From: the human T2T-CHM13v2.0 reference genome, Homo sapiens
Assembly (NCBI RefSeq): GCF_009914755.1
Contig: NC_060947.1
DNA: 64,000 nt
Strand: one strand, 5' to 3'
In this document: piece by piece, positions 12,560 through 28,513 of the stretch
Position numbering within the stretch: position 1 is the first letter of the stretch
Layout of the letters: every line of letters begins with the position of its first letter
The notes under the pieces: generated by a model
Seen by the model: the letters and a program-made list of their open reading frames with translations, nothing else
Databases searched by the model: none
What the model was told of the DNA's origin: nothing
Made by a program: the position numbers and the translations under genes

Positions 12560-15500
12560 CTAAGACACATACACATGCCAAAAACAGCCACTTAGGATAA
12601 ACATTACTAATCAAGAAAAACAACTGAAACCATTTTTTTAAACTTAATGTTTTCTTTCACTATAATTCAAACCCTAGGATTTATAGATTTAACTAGTGAT
12701 ATTTTTTCAATTTTTTTCATTGGGAAAATTTGTATTGAATTCTGTTTTTATTTGATCAGGTTGTCGTGACCATCCGAATACTTATGTAGATTGGCCAAGG
12801 CATTGCATGTTCTAATTAAATTAATATTCCAGCTATACTTAACACTAAAACCATAATGAATATTAATATTAATATTACTTTGATGATTCAGTAGGCACTT
12901 CAGAATCTAATTACATAAAACACTATAATACCGAAGATATAGGTAAATTTAAAATTAAAAAATAATATAGTGATTTTCAATGTCAGGAAGCATATTAGAA
13001 TCACAGTGGGTGAGGAGCAAAGTTCTTATCCTTATGAAACTTAAGGATAAATTTCTTAAAAAGATTAAAAAAACCAGCGACTGAAACTTTAGACCTAGAA
13101 AACATGGATTCTAACTCTGATTTTATCACTAACTCTGATCTTGAGAAACTGTATATGCAACCTTTATGAGCCTCCATTTTTCCCATTTATAAAAGTGAAG
13201 ATGGTACATATTCCATAGGGGTGCTATGAGGAGTAAATAAGCTAATGTCTATAAGTTGATTACTACAAAGTAGGTGAGTAACAAACATTATTATTATGAT
13301 CACATCATCATCATTGTCATAGTCATCATCAACTTTATCATCATTTACCCTACTAATTTTGCAGATGAAAGAAAAAAACTCTGAGGTCTAGAAAAGTAAG
13401 ATAATTTGCTCATAGTAATGCAGCTAATTAATGACAAACTTGGGACTGGAACCCATGATTTCCAGCTTAGACTTCTTTTAGGATATTAGGCTGAATTTGC
13501 ACTGACTTCAAGATATTCTGGAATTTGTTGTTTTTAAACTAAATCTTTGTTATTTGCTTATTTGTCATGGCTTTTTTCTGGTAAGTATAGAGCACAGACT
13601 AAGAAAAGATATCCAGTTATTTTAGTTTGGGGGATTTCAGGCATACTTGAATTTGCTTTCTTATCTTGTGATTATTCTACTTCGATAAGAGACATCTGGA
13701 AGCCTGTTTTCAAAAGAAACATACTGTATTTTGAATCACAGTGCTACATGTATGCACATACAATTAATTTTGAAAGTAAAAATGCAATGCACTATATCCT
13801 TTTGACTATGGAAAGTTGGCCTATATTAATACAGTAAAACACTTCATATTTTACATTTTTATATGAAACAATTTTCAAGCTGTATTAAATGAAAAAAGTA
13901 CAAAAGAATGAAATAGTATACTCTTTCTGCTGTAACATGTTTTAAAAGTGACGTATACATTTACAAACATATATAACTGCTTTGATATGCATAGACCAAA
14001 ATAGTTTTAAGAGTAGCTGCTTCTGGGAAGAGAAACTGGGGACAAAAGTGTCTGGATAAGGAGGTTTATTTGTCACTGTATACCTTTTAATGCTCTTTTT
14101 ATTCCTTTCAATGTTTTTTATACTTTAAAATTTTTCCATGTATAAAAATTACCTTTTCATGTATACAAAAATATTTTGAAAAATGAAATATATATAAATA
14201 AACACATTTTACAAATAGAAGTTGCCTTGGTAGATATAGAGATAATAAAGGTCATAGAATAAGTTCCTGCTATCATTTTCTCTAGACTCTTTTCAAATAG
14301 CACACTTTGTACATACACTAGCACTAAAATCTTTACAGTTTAGGAATTTTGGGGGTGAATGTATGTTACATTACTATTATCTTTTATGTTACAAAATATC
14401 TTCATATACTGGAATGAGGTAAAATTACACTGATAGTCTGAGATGACTATCACTCATTGGAGAGCTTGTAGGCTATTGAAATAGAAGCTCTCCTGAAGGA
14501 ATAAAACAAAACAAAACAGTATGTTCCTCACAAAGCAAGTTAGGAAACTCTTGGAAAGCACACATCACTAGAGGGCAATAAAGAAATCAAAAACTGTTTC
14601 TTAAAAATCTCCCTTTGTTAATGTATCAGTTGTCTCTTGAATAGAACACTGACATTCCCATAATCTGGGGTGCCTTGCAGTCTACCTGAGCCCATTTGGC
14701 CTGTCAACAATTTACTGGTACCACTGAGGTCTTAGCAGGTTTTCAGTTTTCAATTCTTACACTAAAGTTCTTTTTCTAAAGCAAAATGTTCATATATTCA
14801 TCATATTTTTAAAATATATAGTAAGCTGAATTTTTAAAGTACAGACAGATCAAACATTTCTGATTTGTCATATTGTTTTTCCTTTTTGATAGAGTAAAAA
14901 GAATTATGATGAGTACAAATCATATGAATTGGATAGTTATCTTGCACCTGGCACCACTTTACCACCCTTCCAACACAAAGATCTCTTTTTTCTTGAACAT
15001 TTCTCATCTCCTAAGAGCTAGTCCTATTTGATTCGGTCACATGTTACGGTAAACAGGTTCATCCAGACTCTGGCTTTACTCAGATTGTCCTAGTTTATCT
15101 CCACCAATGAGGAAACTAGTAGGACAATGCAATTGCAGTTTGCTCTATCTGCATGGTTCCTTTTACACTGGGCAGCTTTCGTGGTGGTTCCCAAACTCCG
15201 AAACTGTTTAAGTAATTAATAAGATAAAGTGGGCATAAACAAGTAAATATTCGAGTTAACAGTAAATAGCAGCAGTATTCTCTTAAAGGAGCTAGTCTTT
15301 AGTTGTTCCAGCTGCACAGCAACAATGTACAAGATATTCAATCTTTTACTCCAGAGTCCAAGAATTAGAAACACTATTTGTTCTCTTTAAAACAAGAAGC
15401 TAGAAGCAGCATGAAATGATTTGCCTCTAACATTCCTTACTATTTAAAACGTGTCAAACTTATTTTTTGTAGCCCAGTTGGATAAAGGACAGATGTTATA

Positions 15501-15919
15501 ATTTGATTTCTTATAAAGGAAAACACTCCTTGAGGAATAGGTACATTTCATGAAATTTTTTCTGCTTGGTATCATAATGTCCAGAAATATTCTGCTGCTC
15601 CTCTGTAAGATGAGTATTCAATACATACCATAGCAAACCCTTCAGACTATATCCCAGCTTTCCAAGCAAACCAAAATGTTAAAGATTTGCATGTTTATGA
15701 TTCTGAAAGTTTGCTTCATTTTAACTGGACACAAATAAGTAATAATGCATTAGTTCCTATGAATCTGGTAACAAATGTCCACAAGTGCTCATAAAAAATA
15801 AAATGAGTTCTTATGCCAAAAAGTTCAAAAAGGAAAAGCTAGAATTTTTTAGTCCGTTTGATTTGCATATGAAAAAAATGATTTTGTCATCGCAACTGAT
15901 TTGATAGTGTTTAACTGCC

Positions 15920-16383
15920 TATTATGGGTCGAATTGTACCCTCTCATACCCAAGATATGGTGAAGTCCTAACCCCAGTAACTCAGAATGTGACCCTATTT
16001 AGAGACAGAGTCTTTATAGAGATAATCAAGTCATTAGGATGGCCCTAATAAAATATGACTGGTGTCCTTATAAAAATGCAAAATTGGACACAGAAACAAA
16101 CATGCACAGAGGGAAGATGATGTGAAGACACACAGGAAAGTTTCCATATGAAGATAAATTATTGGAGTGATGCATCTACAAGCCAAGGAATGTCTGAGGC
16201 TACCAAAAGCAAGGAGACAGGAATGAAAGAGTTCCTTCTCTGGCAGCTTCAGAGAGAACATAGCCCTGCCAACATAGTAATTTCAGACTTCTGGCCTCCA
16301 GAACTGTGAGACAATAAATTTCTGTTGTTTTAAACCATACAGTCTGTGGCACTTTGTTGCAGCAGCCCTAAGAAACTAATACA
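15920..16383 (+). mobile_element. MLT1 (B/C-like) MaLR solo LTR
   Basis: TATTATGGGTCGAATTG...CTGGCCTCCAGAACTGTGAGACAATAAA...AAACTAATACA; near-TSD CTGCC/GTGCC. Confidence 0.88.
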
Positions 16384-16552
16384 GTGCCCTAGTTCAAGAA
16401 TGTCCAACAGACAAGTCCTGGACATTGGGCTGGACATGCTTATATGAACTGAGAAGAGCAATATGAAACCTCTGTTGGTTATAGTAACAACTCTGCATGA
16501 AGGACTTGCGGCTCTAGATGCCATGGAATTACTGTGGCCTTGCTGCAGTTTT

Positions 16553-17363
16553 TTTTATTATTATTATACTTTAAGTTTTAGGGTACATGTGCACAATGTG
16601 CAAGTTAGTTACATATGTATACATGTGCCATGCTGGTGTGCTGCACCCACTAACTCGTCATTTAGCATTAAGTATATCTCCTAAAGCTATCCCTCCCCCG
16701 TCCCCCCACCCCACAACAGTCCCCAGAGTGTGATGTTCCCCTTCTTGTGTCCATGTGTTCTCATTGCTCAATTCCCACCTATGAGTGAGAATATGCGGTG
16801 TTTGGTTTTTTGTTCTTGCGATAGTTTACTGAGAATGATGATTTCCAATTTCATCCATGTCCCTACAAAGGACATGAACTCATCATTTTTATGGCTGCAT
16901 AGTATTCCACGGTGTATATGTGCCACATTTTCTTAATCCAGTCTATCATTGTTGGACATTTGGGTTGGTTCCAAGTCTTTGCTATTGTGAATAGTGCTGC
17001 AATAAACATACGTGTGCATGTGTCTTTATAGCAGCATGATTTATAGTCCTTTGGGTATATACCCAGTAATGGGATGGCTGGGTCAAATGGTATTTCTAGT
17101 TCTAGATCCCTGAGGAATCACCACATTGACTTCCACAATGGTTGAACTAGTTTACAGTCCCACCAACAGTGTAAAAGTGTTCCTATTTCTCCACATCCTG
17201 AACAGACACTTCTCGAAAGAAGACATTTATGCAGCCAAAAACACATGAAAAAATGCTCACCATCACTGGCCATCAGAGAAATGCAAATCAAAACCACAAT
17301 GAGGTACCATCTCACACCAGTTAGAATGGCAATGATTAAAAAGTCAGGAAACAACAGGTGCTG
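16553..17363 (-). mobile_element. Young L1PA (about PA2-PA3), 5'-truncated, with twin-priming inversion (17200-17363 on +)
   Basis: 3'UTR and ORF2 end on the minus strand to 17199, then the adjacent upstream ORF2 segment on the plus strand; TSD TGCTGCAGTTTT at 16541-16552 and 17359-17370. Confidence 0.93.
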
Positions 17364-17866
17364 CAGTTTTATACTTGGTCTGTCGATTTGAGCTTAACAG
17401 AATTTTTTAAATGTACTAGAAGCTTTAGTTTTCTAGATCTTTTACAGTATATGGTATTTCACATATCTGTTCATATGTATTGTACATTTAAAATTCGTTC
17501 TATATTAAAAGAATTAGAACAAAATTATAATGTTTTAAATTATGATTTTTGTTGGACCAGTTTAAAGGAAAACATACAAGGCATTAGGATATCTTTATTA
17601 AGTTCAGATTCTGCCATTAATTTTCTATGTGACTTCACATATCCTGGTTTCAATTTTCTTTCAGTAAAATGAGGACAATAATACTTCACATGAAAAATGG
17701 GTATGAAAGTATTAAGGATGGTATGAAGGGCTGTAGATATCATAGCATATTATAACTCATGGTGGTCTTGCCTTGCACTTCAGAGTTGAATGTCACTTGA
17801 GCTCTATTAAAATACAATTCAAAATTATACACTTAAAAACAAGTTTTAAAACAAAATATTACTTAC

Positions 17867-17968
17867 CTGATCAGTATTTAGCTTCTCCACTTTTCTTATT
17901 GTTTTTTCATAAATAACATTGTTTCCTGGGAAGAAATGGCTTCCTCTTAGGAATTGAGACAGTGGTTC
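17867..17968 (-). CDS. POF1B: POF1B exon 5 (EPLSQFLRGSHFFPGNNVIYEKTIRKVEKLNTDQ)
   Basis: cattttag|GAACCA...GATCAG|gtaagt; 102 nt, phase 0. Confidence 0.95.
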
Positions 17969-19340
17969 CTAAAATGATAGTAAATTATATGTTTTGTTTT
18001 GAAAGTTGTCTTTTCAGAGTAACCTTAAATTAGGCAAATATCCAGTGTCGAATAGGCTCTGAAGTACTGGCTGACCTTAGGAAGAGAGAGGAATGACATC
18101 CCAATAATGTTGGTAGATGCAAGGAAATAATAATAAAGGTAGTTCCCTTTATCAAAAAGAACAATCTGGATTTCTCCTATTACATTTTACTAAGCCTAAT
18201 AACGTCTTTTGTGGAGATTGGTGGAGAGTGGGAAAGATAATTTTCTCTCTGTTCCTAAAGCAAGATATGATGAGTTTCCTTTGAGGTAGGCAAGCATGAG
18301 GTCAATCTCATTTAAACTGGGTTCACTGGAAGATTTCTTTCTATGCAAAAATATTGTTGGAGAAATGCAAAATAAAAATATTTCAGCACGACTAGGCCAC
18401 AAAGTAGGTAGAACTATATTAAAGATTTTTTTTTTCTGCAACTCAATTTGAGTGCCCTTGAATTGTACAATTCTTAATTGTAATTATAATCAAGGCTAAG
18501 ACTCTCAGAACAACATACGTTTTGAATATTAAGAGCAGAGTAGAGGCTTTAAGAGCCACTTTATCTCCACATATTCAACTAAATTGCTGTAAGATTAGCT
18601 GAGTGCCTAGAAGATGTCAGCCAATGAAATATAGGCTGGTGACATGTCCAAAATCTGAAAGAAACTGGGGACGAGCTAATAAGAATCAGACCAGGAGTCT
18701 AAAATAAATGTCATGTGTACCATGTTCTTTTCCCTTCCTTTGGTTTTCATTTGAAGTCTACTTGGGTAGGGAGATCTGGAGTTGTTTTGTTTGTTGTTTT
18801 TCTACAAAACAAAATTTGCATTCATTTATTTTGTGATATAGGGGAATACTATAGAAGACCATATAGGCAAGTCTGTTACTGGTTAATGTATTTAAGAACA
18901 TTTCACAATCAACAAAATGTACTAGGATTTTTGTAGTCTGCTATTATAAATACCCATAGAGCAGCTGGACCAAAACACTGATTGTTTAAAAGGCAAGATG
19001 CTCTTGAATCAAAAGTTATATACTTATTGTATTCAAGTTTGAGCAAAAGGTGTTTCAACCAAATGTTCCTTGGGGACTTTGGTAAAACAAATATATAAGT
19101 GACCAAATCTGACTAGGTGATGAAGTATTAAATCTAAAGCTGGATATATTTAGAAAGACTTCCCTAGAAGATATTTTGTGTTTGTTTGTTTGTTTTTGCA
19201 AAAGAGCCCCTATGGTAGTTATGTGCAATCATGGAACACATGCTTAAGTGCTTGCTATGCACAGTGTACTTTGCTACATGCTTTGAGGCATAAAAATATA
19301 AGTCTGACTTATTTTATTACCAGGAGCATTTAATATTGAT

Positions 19341-19514
19341 CAAGATTCATCAAACTATGGTAGATAGCCTGTTTTTATTCTGTCCTCAAGCTAAAAATGG
19401 TAGTTAGATTTTAAAGGACTATAAATAAAAAACAAAGGCCAAGAACCTATGTGGCCAGCAAAACCTAAAATATTTGTTATCTGTTTCTTTACAGAAAAAT
19501 TATGCCAATCCCTG
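19341..19514. mobile_element. MER58-type hAT MITE within L2 relic (L2 fragments about 19200-20520)
   Basis: CAAACTATGG...AAAACCTAAAATATTT...TTTACAGAAAAATTATGCCAATCCCTG. Confidence 0.7.
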
Positions 19515-21019
19515 ATCTAGATAATATATGAACATAAACATATATGCAAAGTAGAAAGAGACAAATGCCTTTACACGTACAGAGAAAGAACTTATGGGAT
19601 GGAGTTCAGAGGAAAAAAACTGAGTTCCATCTGGCTGTGCTCTAGTAGAGTACCTGGATTAGGTGGCATTTGAAAGAAAGTTAAAGTGGTCTTTGGATAT
19701 GAGAAAATTGAAGAAAATGGTATTCCAAGTGAAGGAAACAAGACAATTAAAGTCACCAAGTTTGGAAAAGTGTAAGTTATATGTATGGGACATACTTAGC
19801 AGATAGAGCTTGGTTCTTCAAGCAGTGAGAAGTCCTTACATGCTTTTAAACAGGGGTATGAGGTGAAGTTTACTTCAGGGAGATTAATTACAAGAAGAGT
19901 ACAGATGAGGAGACTGGTAAGATTATCCCAATAATCAAAAACAGTACTGTTCAAAGATGACTCTGAGATCTTGAACCTGAGGAGTCTACTACACGGTACC
20001 AAAAATGAAAATGTTGAGACATTTTACGTGCTCCTAATAACAATCTAGGTCTGATTATGTTTTTATTCCCCAGAACACTCAGCAAACTACACAGTGCATA
20101 GTAATCCCTTTAACATGTCACAAATGATTGCAAATAGCTCCCAAAGAGACTCTTTTACAAAAAAATGTCTGGGTAGACACTCAGATGTAGACGTTCAATG
20201 CATAGGTGAAAACACAGGTCTGGAACTAAGTGGTGAGTGCAAGGCTACAGATCTATTACATATATCAAGACCACCTGCTCACTAGTGCTAGGTTAAACTA
20301 GCAATTGCTGAGTAGTCAAATGAAGAGCAAATACAGAACTAGACATGTCTCAAGAGGTCTTAGAAGAGAAAATATTGTAATTTAAAGGAAGAGTAATTTT
20401 CAAGAAGCAGTAGGAAGTCAAAGGTAAAAATGTTTCAGAGTGCCCAACAGATGAGAATTATAAAGTGGATTGGATTTGGATTACTACAAATCCATTGGGT
20501 TTGACTACTAAAATCAGTGGAAGAAAGTATAATGGGAAAAAAATTATGCAGTCATAAAACCTATATTTCAGTTCTTCCTTCTCCTATGTGCTGCAGAAAA
20601 GCAGGTAGGCCATTAACCTTATTGGAGGCTCAGTTTTCTTAGCATAGGGAGGGTAATGCAGAATATCAGGTAAGATCATGTGTTTTAAAGTACCCTTAAT
20701 CTATAATTTTAATGTAAAAATGACACTTGTTTTAAATAATATTGTAATATAATATTTAAAATCCATACTGTGTTTTAAATAATATTGATAATTCCCTTAT
20801 AACTTTTGTAGAATATCAAGTATAAAAATACACACAAGTAGGCTTACTGAGGGCAGGGACTTTGACGATCTTGAGTACCACATAGTGAAGGAACTGATGA
20901 TTGAGTGAGAAGGAATGATATGAACCTTCATCTTAGGAATGTAATCATCCTCTAAGAGAGGGAAAACAAATTTAGCAAAAGCATGAAATTTTTTTTCTGT
21001 GAAATGAAGTTCACTATAA

Positions 21020-22998
<1,979 letters not shown>

Positions 22999-23599
22999 AT
23001 TGTCTAGGCACTAACGATGTTGATTCTGTCTGGAATATTTTCGCCATATTACTTGAAATGTCTTACTGAAAAAAAAAACCTCCAAATTTAGAGGACAATT
23101 ACTTTCCCCAAATCTGTAAGGAAGTAAATCAAAAATTGATTTAAATAAACAATTCTGTCAAAATAAGTCAACAAAATAAATTTAATCAGACGTTTTAGAT
23201 GTCTCAACAAATGAGCTGCTAGACAATTCTACTATTTTGGCACCTTCTTTTTCTCAACCTGTCCATTTGAATTGGTGCCAGATCCACCCTAAAAATTAAT
23301 AGGTGTTTTCAAAGTGGCAGATCTTATAATGTTAATTGTAACAGCTAGAACCTCTGGTAGTAATTCTCACATCTAACAAAGTATATAATCCCCAACATCT
23401 ACTTTACGGTTCCCAGGCCCCAAAATCTTGGTGGAAGAAACTTTTTTAAAAAAGATTTGCTGATTTGGCTCATTAGAGTTTGAAGATATCCAACTTGAAG
23501 TAGACCCTTCAACCTTTGTGGTTACATTTGTATTCATCAAATTCTTTACTACGTTGCTTACAAATATTTTCATTTTCCTCAACTCCTGTGCTTATACTC

Positions 23600-25010
23600 C
23601 CTCTTTCTCCTCCTATTTACAGAGACAACCAAGATAATCTATCCAGTGAGATCTCTCTATTTTCCTGCACATCTCAAAAATCCCTCTTTTCTGCTCCTTC
23701 CATCCACTTAAGGAAAAAGATACATTCTCTCTCTTTGTTTTTCCTGAAGTCATTTCTCCATCTGTATCTGGAATCCCATTCCTTCTTATCTCTTCCAGAA
23801 TATTATCCCATTTGTCTCCTTTCTCTGTTGCATCTTTAGCCTTCCTTATTACTGGTTCTTTCTATCTACAAGTTTCCCAGGTTCACAAGATTCTCATTTC
23901 TCCTTTAGCGACCATCCATCTCTCCTTTCTTTGACCAATACCCTTCCAGAAGAGTAATCTTCACTCATTTTTTTCAATTCATCTCATCTTCTCACCCATT
24001 AACTTCTTGCATCTGGATTTTGCCTCCATAAGTATACCAAAACTGCTCTATCAATGTCACTATCACTTTCTTAATGGTCAAACCCTATTCTCAAACCTCA
24101 TCTTCTTATGCCTTTTGGTCATTTGAGACGGTTGACCACCCCATGTTTGCATTTGCCTCTGTTATGGTGTGTTCACATCCCTCTCTGATAACCCCTCTGT
24201 CTGTGAAAGTGGTTCCTTCCTTCTATTCACTTAAAGTAGACATTTCTCAAGGTTCTGACCCAACCTTCTCCATTACCTCTTAGTGATCTCACTCATTCCC
24301 ATAGCTTCAATGATACCTTTAAGAGGAATGATTCCCACATCTCTGTTAAATGTGACCTTTCTTTGAGTCGTTTTTTAACTGCCTGTTAGTTAAAAATGCA
24401 CCTAAAATGCTACTGGTTCAAATAAAACTCAAAATTTCACCCTTTTCTAAATCTACTTCTCCTCCCACTCACTTTTCAATCACTCTAAGTGGGTCACCTT
24501 ACTCTCAGTGTCTCAAGCTAAAAAGCTTAGGGTCATGTTGACTTTTCCCCATATCCAGTAAGTCATCGAATCTTGTTAAAGCTACCATCTAAAATAGCTT
24601 CCAGAAAAGATAGAGAGTGATGAATTAGCATCAGAAGACCTGAGCAAGTTACGCTTATTCAAACTTTCATTTCCTTAGTAGTAAAACAATGCTAATATCA
24701 AGGTTAATCATACTAATACCTTAAACACCACAATAAATCCTTCCCTGATTTCCCTCAAACAAATGTATTATCTCCGACATCTGAACTCCAATAATAATTT
24801 ATCTGTGGTCCTTTCACGGCATCTATCCTACATCTCACCATGTATTCTACATAGCTATTTGTGGACCTGTCTTATCTCTTTCCTTGAGAAGAGCTGTATG
24901 CTCCTTTAATTGGGGAAACATGCCTTATTTCCCTGTTTCTATTGAGAGACTGTATAGTGTCTTCCCCATAGCAGGAGCTCCACAACTGGAAAATTAATGA
25001 AATTGATTAG
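23600..25010. mobile_element. L2 fragments (degenerate)
   Basis: Pyrimidine-rich L2-like text (AAAACTGCTCTATCAATGTCAC, TCTCACTCATTCCCATAGCTTCAA, L2-like 3' end near 24950-25000); boundaries approximate. Confidence 0.6.
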
Positions 25011-26066
25011 TACTAATTGGATTATGTCCACTAATGGAACAAAGGTATTTCCTTCATTTCTGGATCAAATGTTAACCAGAATGCATAAATCCTTAGATTA
25101 AATGATGACAAATGGAGACTAAGGAAGATCAGGAACAACAAAAAGATAAAAAGGCTTAACAGAGATAGAAAAAAATCATAATGCAACAATTGGACTGAGA
25201 TTATTTTAATGACAGGAAAAAGAAATAAAGATTAGACAAGCTGGGAGGTGAAAGAGGATGAAATTGCTATTTAGAAGGCTCAGCTTATTATAAATATTGT
25301 AATTAAACTAGAATCTTCTCCTGAGGGGATTTAAAAGAGCAAACAAAAAAGGAATCTACTTAGATAAATTAAATGGGGAGTATAGCTAAACAGGATTTTC
25401 AAGCTGCTTTGTAAAACAAGTTAGATTACTTTTCGTTTACAAAGCATCATGAAACTTGAAATTTGTTTCATTCTTCAATAATGGAAAGAGGCTTATTAAG
25501 GTGGAATCTTAGTTTGTGAAATGTAAGGATTTATATCTCAGTAAAAAAATGTAATTTTCTAAAAAACTCATTGCTGGGTACAAAAGTTCACACACCACAG
25601 GCAATAAAGGCATAGGGACACTTTTTAACCTTTGACCTTTAATTTTCATCTTCCTAGTCCATATCTCCATGGCAAAGGTAAATAGCCTGAAAACTCCAAC
25701 CCCTGGTGCAGCAGTTGACAGAGCTTTTATGTGAAGCTTGTAAAAGAACTTTGTCCCTTTTTTCTTTCGTTCAAAGTGCATAAAAGTCTTTTGTAGCATA
25801 AGGGTGGGGCTATAGAAGAGGAAAATCTTTACAACCCAAGAATTTCCAACCTGCTTGGAAGTATTGCATCTCTGAGTCAGAATATATAGACTCATGGTTG
25901 TCTGGCATTAAAGATGGCATTTATTGATACTGATAATCAGCAATTTACTTTGTAACTGTAAGAAAGTCCAACAATCTGATCTTAAGGATCTGGTAACTGA
26001 TTAAGCCTTTTTGTTTAAGCAATTAACTTCTAAAGAATTATATGTTGGTAAAAGTTGGTGTCTTAC

Positions 26067-26147
26067 CTGTTCAGGATTTTGTACTACATATTTCCTAATA
26101 GTGGTCTGTGGATATGTAGTAAGTTTCACTGTTGGAGAATGAAGTTC
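26067..26147 (-). CDS. POF1B: POF1B exon 4 (ELHSPTVKLTTYPQTTIRKYVVQNPEQ)
   Basis: cttttgtcttttcttcacag|GAACTT...GAACAG|gtaaga; 81 nt, phase 0. Confidence 0.95.
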
Positions 26148-26624
26148 CTGTGAAGAAAAGACAAAAGCTGGATATAATCATAGTTATTTAATGAGCTTGG
26201 AGCTATCAATAATAATAGGGAACAATTTCCAGGGTTAAATTTTTAGTTATTTGCATGAATGATAATGTATGATTTTATGATTTAGTTAATTTTAATTTCA
26301 GAAACATGTATAAAAGCATGTGTTCTGTGCCCAACATTTTACTGGGTACTCGTATTATACTCATTTCATGGTATTTCATCCACATTCCAAACTATATTTG
26401 ACAAGCATTTTAAAATGCTTCTTTCATTGTAAATGATTACAAGAAAATAATACCTCAATAGTTGATGAATTAAACCTCTGGTTTGGAAAAGACATGTTAA
26501 AAAAAATGAAAAGAGACATAAAGAGAAAAACGTGTATGTGTGTGTAGTTAAACATATAAATCCTCAGTGTGCTGGAAAGAGAGGACCATAGATATCACTG
26601 TAAAATGTTGATGGGAAAAGAGTT

Positions 26625-27040
26625 TTTTTGGGGGGTTCATGTAGATTTATTTATTATTTATTTATTTATTATTATTTTTAACTTTTGTTAGAGGTTCAGG
26701 AGAACATATGCAGGTTTGTTATATAGGTAAATTCACGTCACAGGGGTTTGTTGTACAGATTATGTCATCACCCATGGACTAAGCCTAGTACCCAGTAGTT
26801 ATTTTTACTAATCCTCTCCCTCCCCCAACCCTGCATTCTTAAGTGTGGGCCAGTGTGTATTGTTCCCCTTTTTGTGTCCATGATTTCTCATTATTTAGCT
26901 CCCACTTATAAGTGAGAACATGCGGTATTTGGTTTTCTGTTCCTGTGTAAGTCTGCTAAGTTTAATAGCCTACAACTCCATCCATGTTCCCACAAAAGAC
27001 ATGATCTCATTCTATTTTATGGCTGCCTAGTATTCCATGG

Positions 27041-27082
<42 letters not shown>

Positions 27083-28470
27083 TACACATTTTCTTTATCC
27101 AATCTGTCATTATTGGGCATAGTGATTTCATATCTTTGCCTTTGTGAACAGTGTTGCAATGAACATTCATGTACATGTGTCTTTATGGTAGAATGATTTA
27201 TATTCCTTAGGATATATACCCAGTAATGGGATTGCTGGGTTGTATACCCAGTAAGGGGATTGCTGGTAAAAGGGTAGTTCTATTTTTGGCCCTTTGAGGA
27301 ATTGCCACACTGCTTTTCACAATGGTTGAGCTAATTTACACTCCCACCAACAATGTATAAGCTTTCCCTTTTCTCCACAGCCTCACCAGCATCTGTTAGG
27401 TTTTATTTTCTTCTGGCTTGTTAATAATAGTCATTCTGACTGTTACGAGGTGGAATCTCATTGTGGTTTTGACTTGCATTTCTCTAATGATCAGTGATAT
27501 TGAGTTTCTTTTCATATGCTTGTTGGTTACATGTATGGCTTCTTTTGAGAAGTGTCTGTTCATGTCCTTTGCCTACTTTTTAATCGGGTTGTTTGCTTTT
27601 CTCTTGTAAATTTGTGCAAGTTCCTTATAGATGCTGGATATTAGACTTGTCAAATGTGTAGTTGACAAATATTTTATCCCATTCTATAGGTTTTCGTTTC
27701 ACTCTGTTGATAGTTTCCTTTAACGTGCAGAAGCTCTTTAGTTAAGTTAGATTTTATTTGTCAATTTTGCTTTTGTTGGGATTGCTTTTGACATTTTGTT
27801 TCTATGTCCAGAATGGTATTGCTTAGGTTGTCTTCCAGGGTTTTTAGAGTTTGGGGTTTTACATTTAAGACTGTAATCAGTCAATCTTGAGTTGATTTTT
27901 GTATATGGTGTAAGGAAGGGGTCCAGTTTCAATCTTCTGCATATGGCTAGCCAGTTATCCCAGCTCCATTTATTGAATAGGGAGTCCTTTCCCCATTGCT
28001 TGTTTTTGACAGCTTGGTCAAAGATCTGATAGTTGTAGGTGTGCGGCCTTTTTTCTGCGCTCTCTATTCTGTTCCCTTGGTCTATGTGTCTGTTCTTGTA
28101 CCAGTACCATGCTGTTTTGGTTACTGTAGCCCTGTAGTAGTTTGAAGTTGGGTAGCGTGATGTCTCCAGCTTTGTTCTTTTTGCTTATGATTGCCTTGGC
28201 TATTTGGCCTCTTTTTCTTGTTCCATATGAATTTTAAAATAGTTTTATTTCAAGTTCTGTGAAGAATATCCTTGGTAGTTTAATAGGAATAGCATTGAAT
28301 CTATAAATTGCTTTGGGCAGTATGGTGATTTTAACAATATTGATTCTTCCTATCCATGAGCATGGAATGTTTCTCCATGTTTGTGTCATCTCTGATTTCT
28401 TTGAGCAGTGTTTTGTAATTCTCATTGTAGAGATCTTTCACCTCACTAGTTAGCTGTATCCCTAGGTATT

Positions 28471-28513
<43 letters not shown>

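Noticed and set aside
12318-12595. Three overlapping ORFs on both strands
   Set aside because: Shadow frames of POF1B exon 6; the true frame is set by the splice sites.
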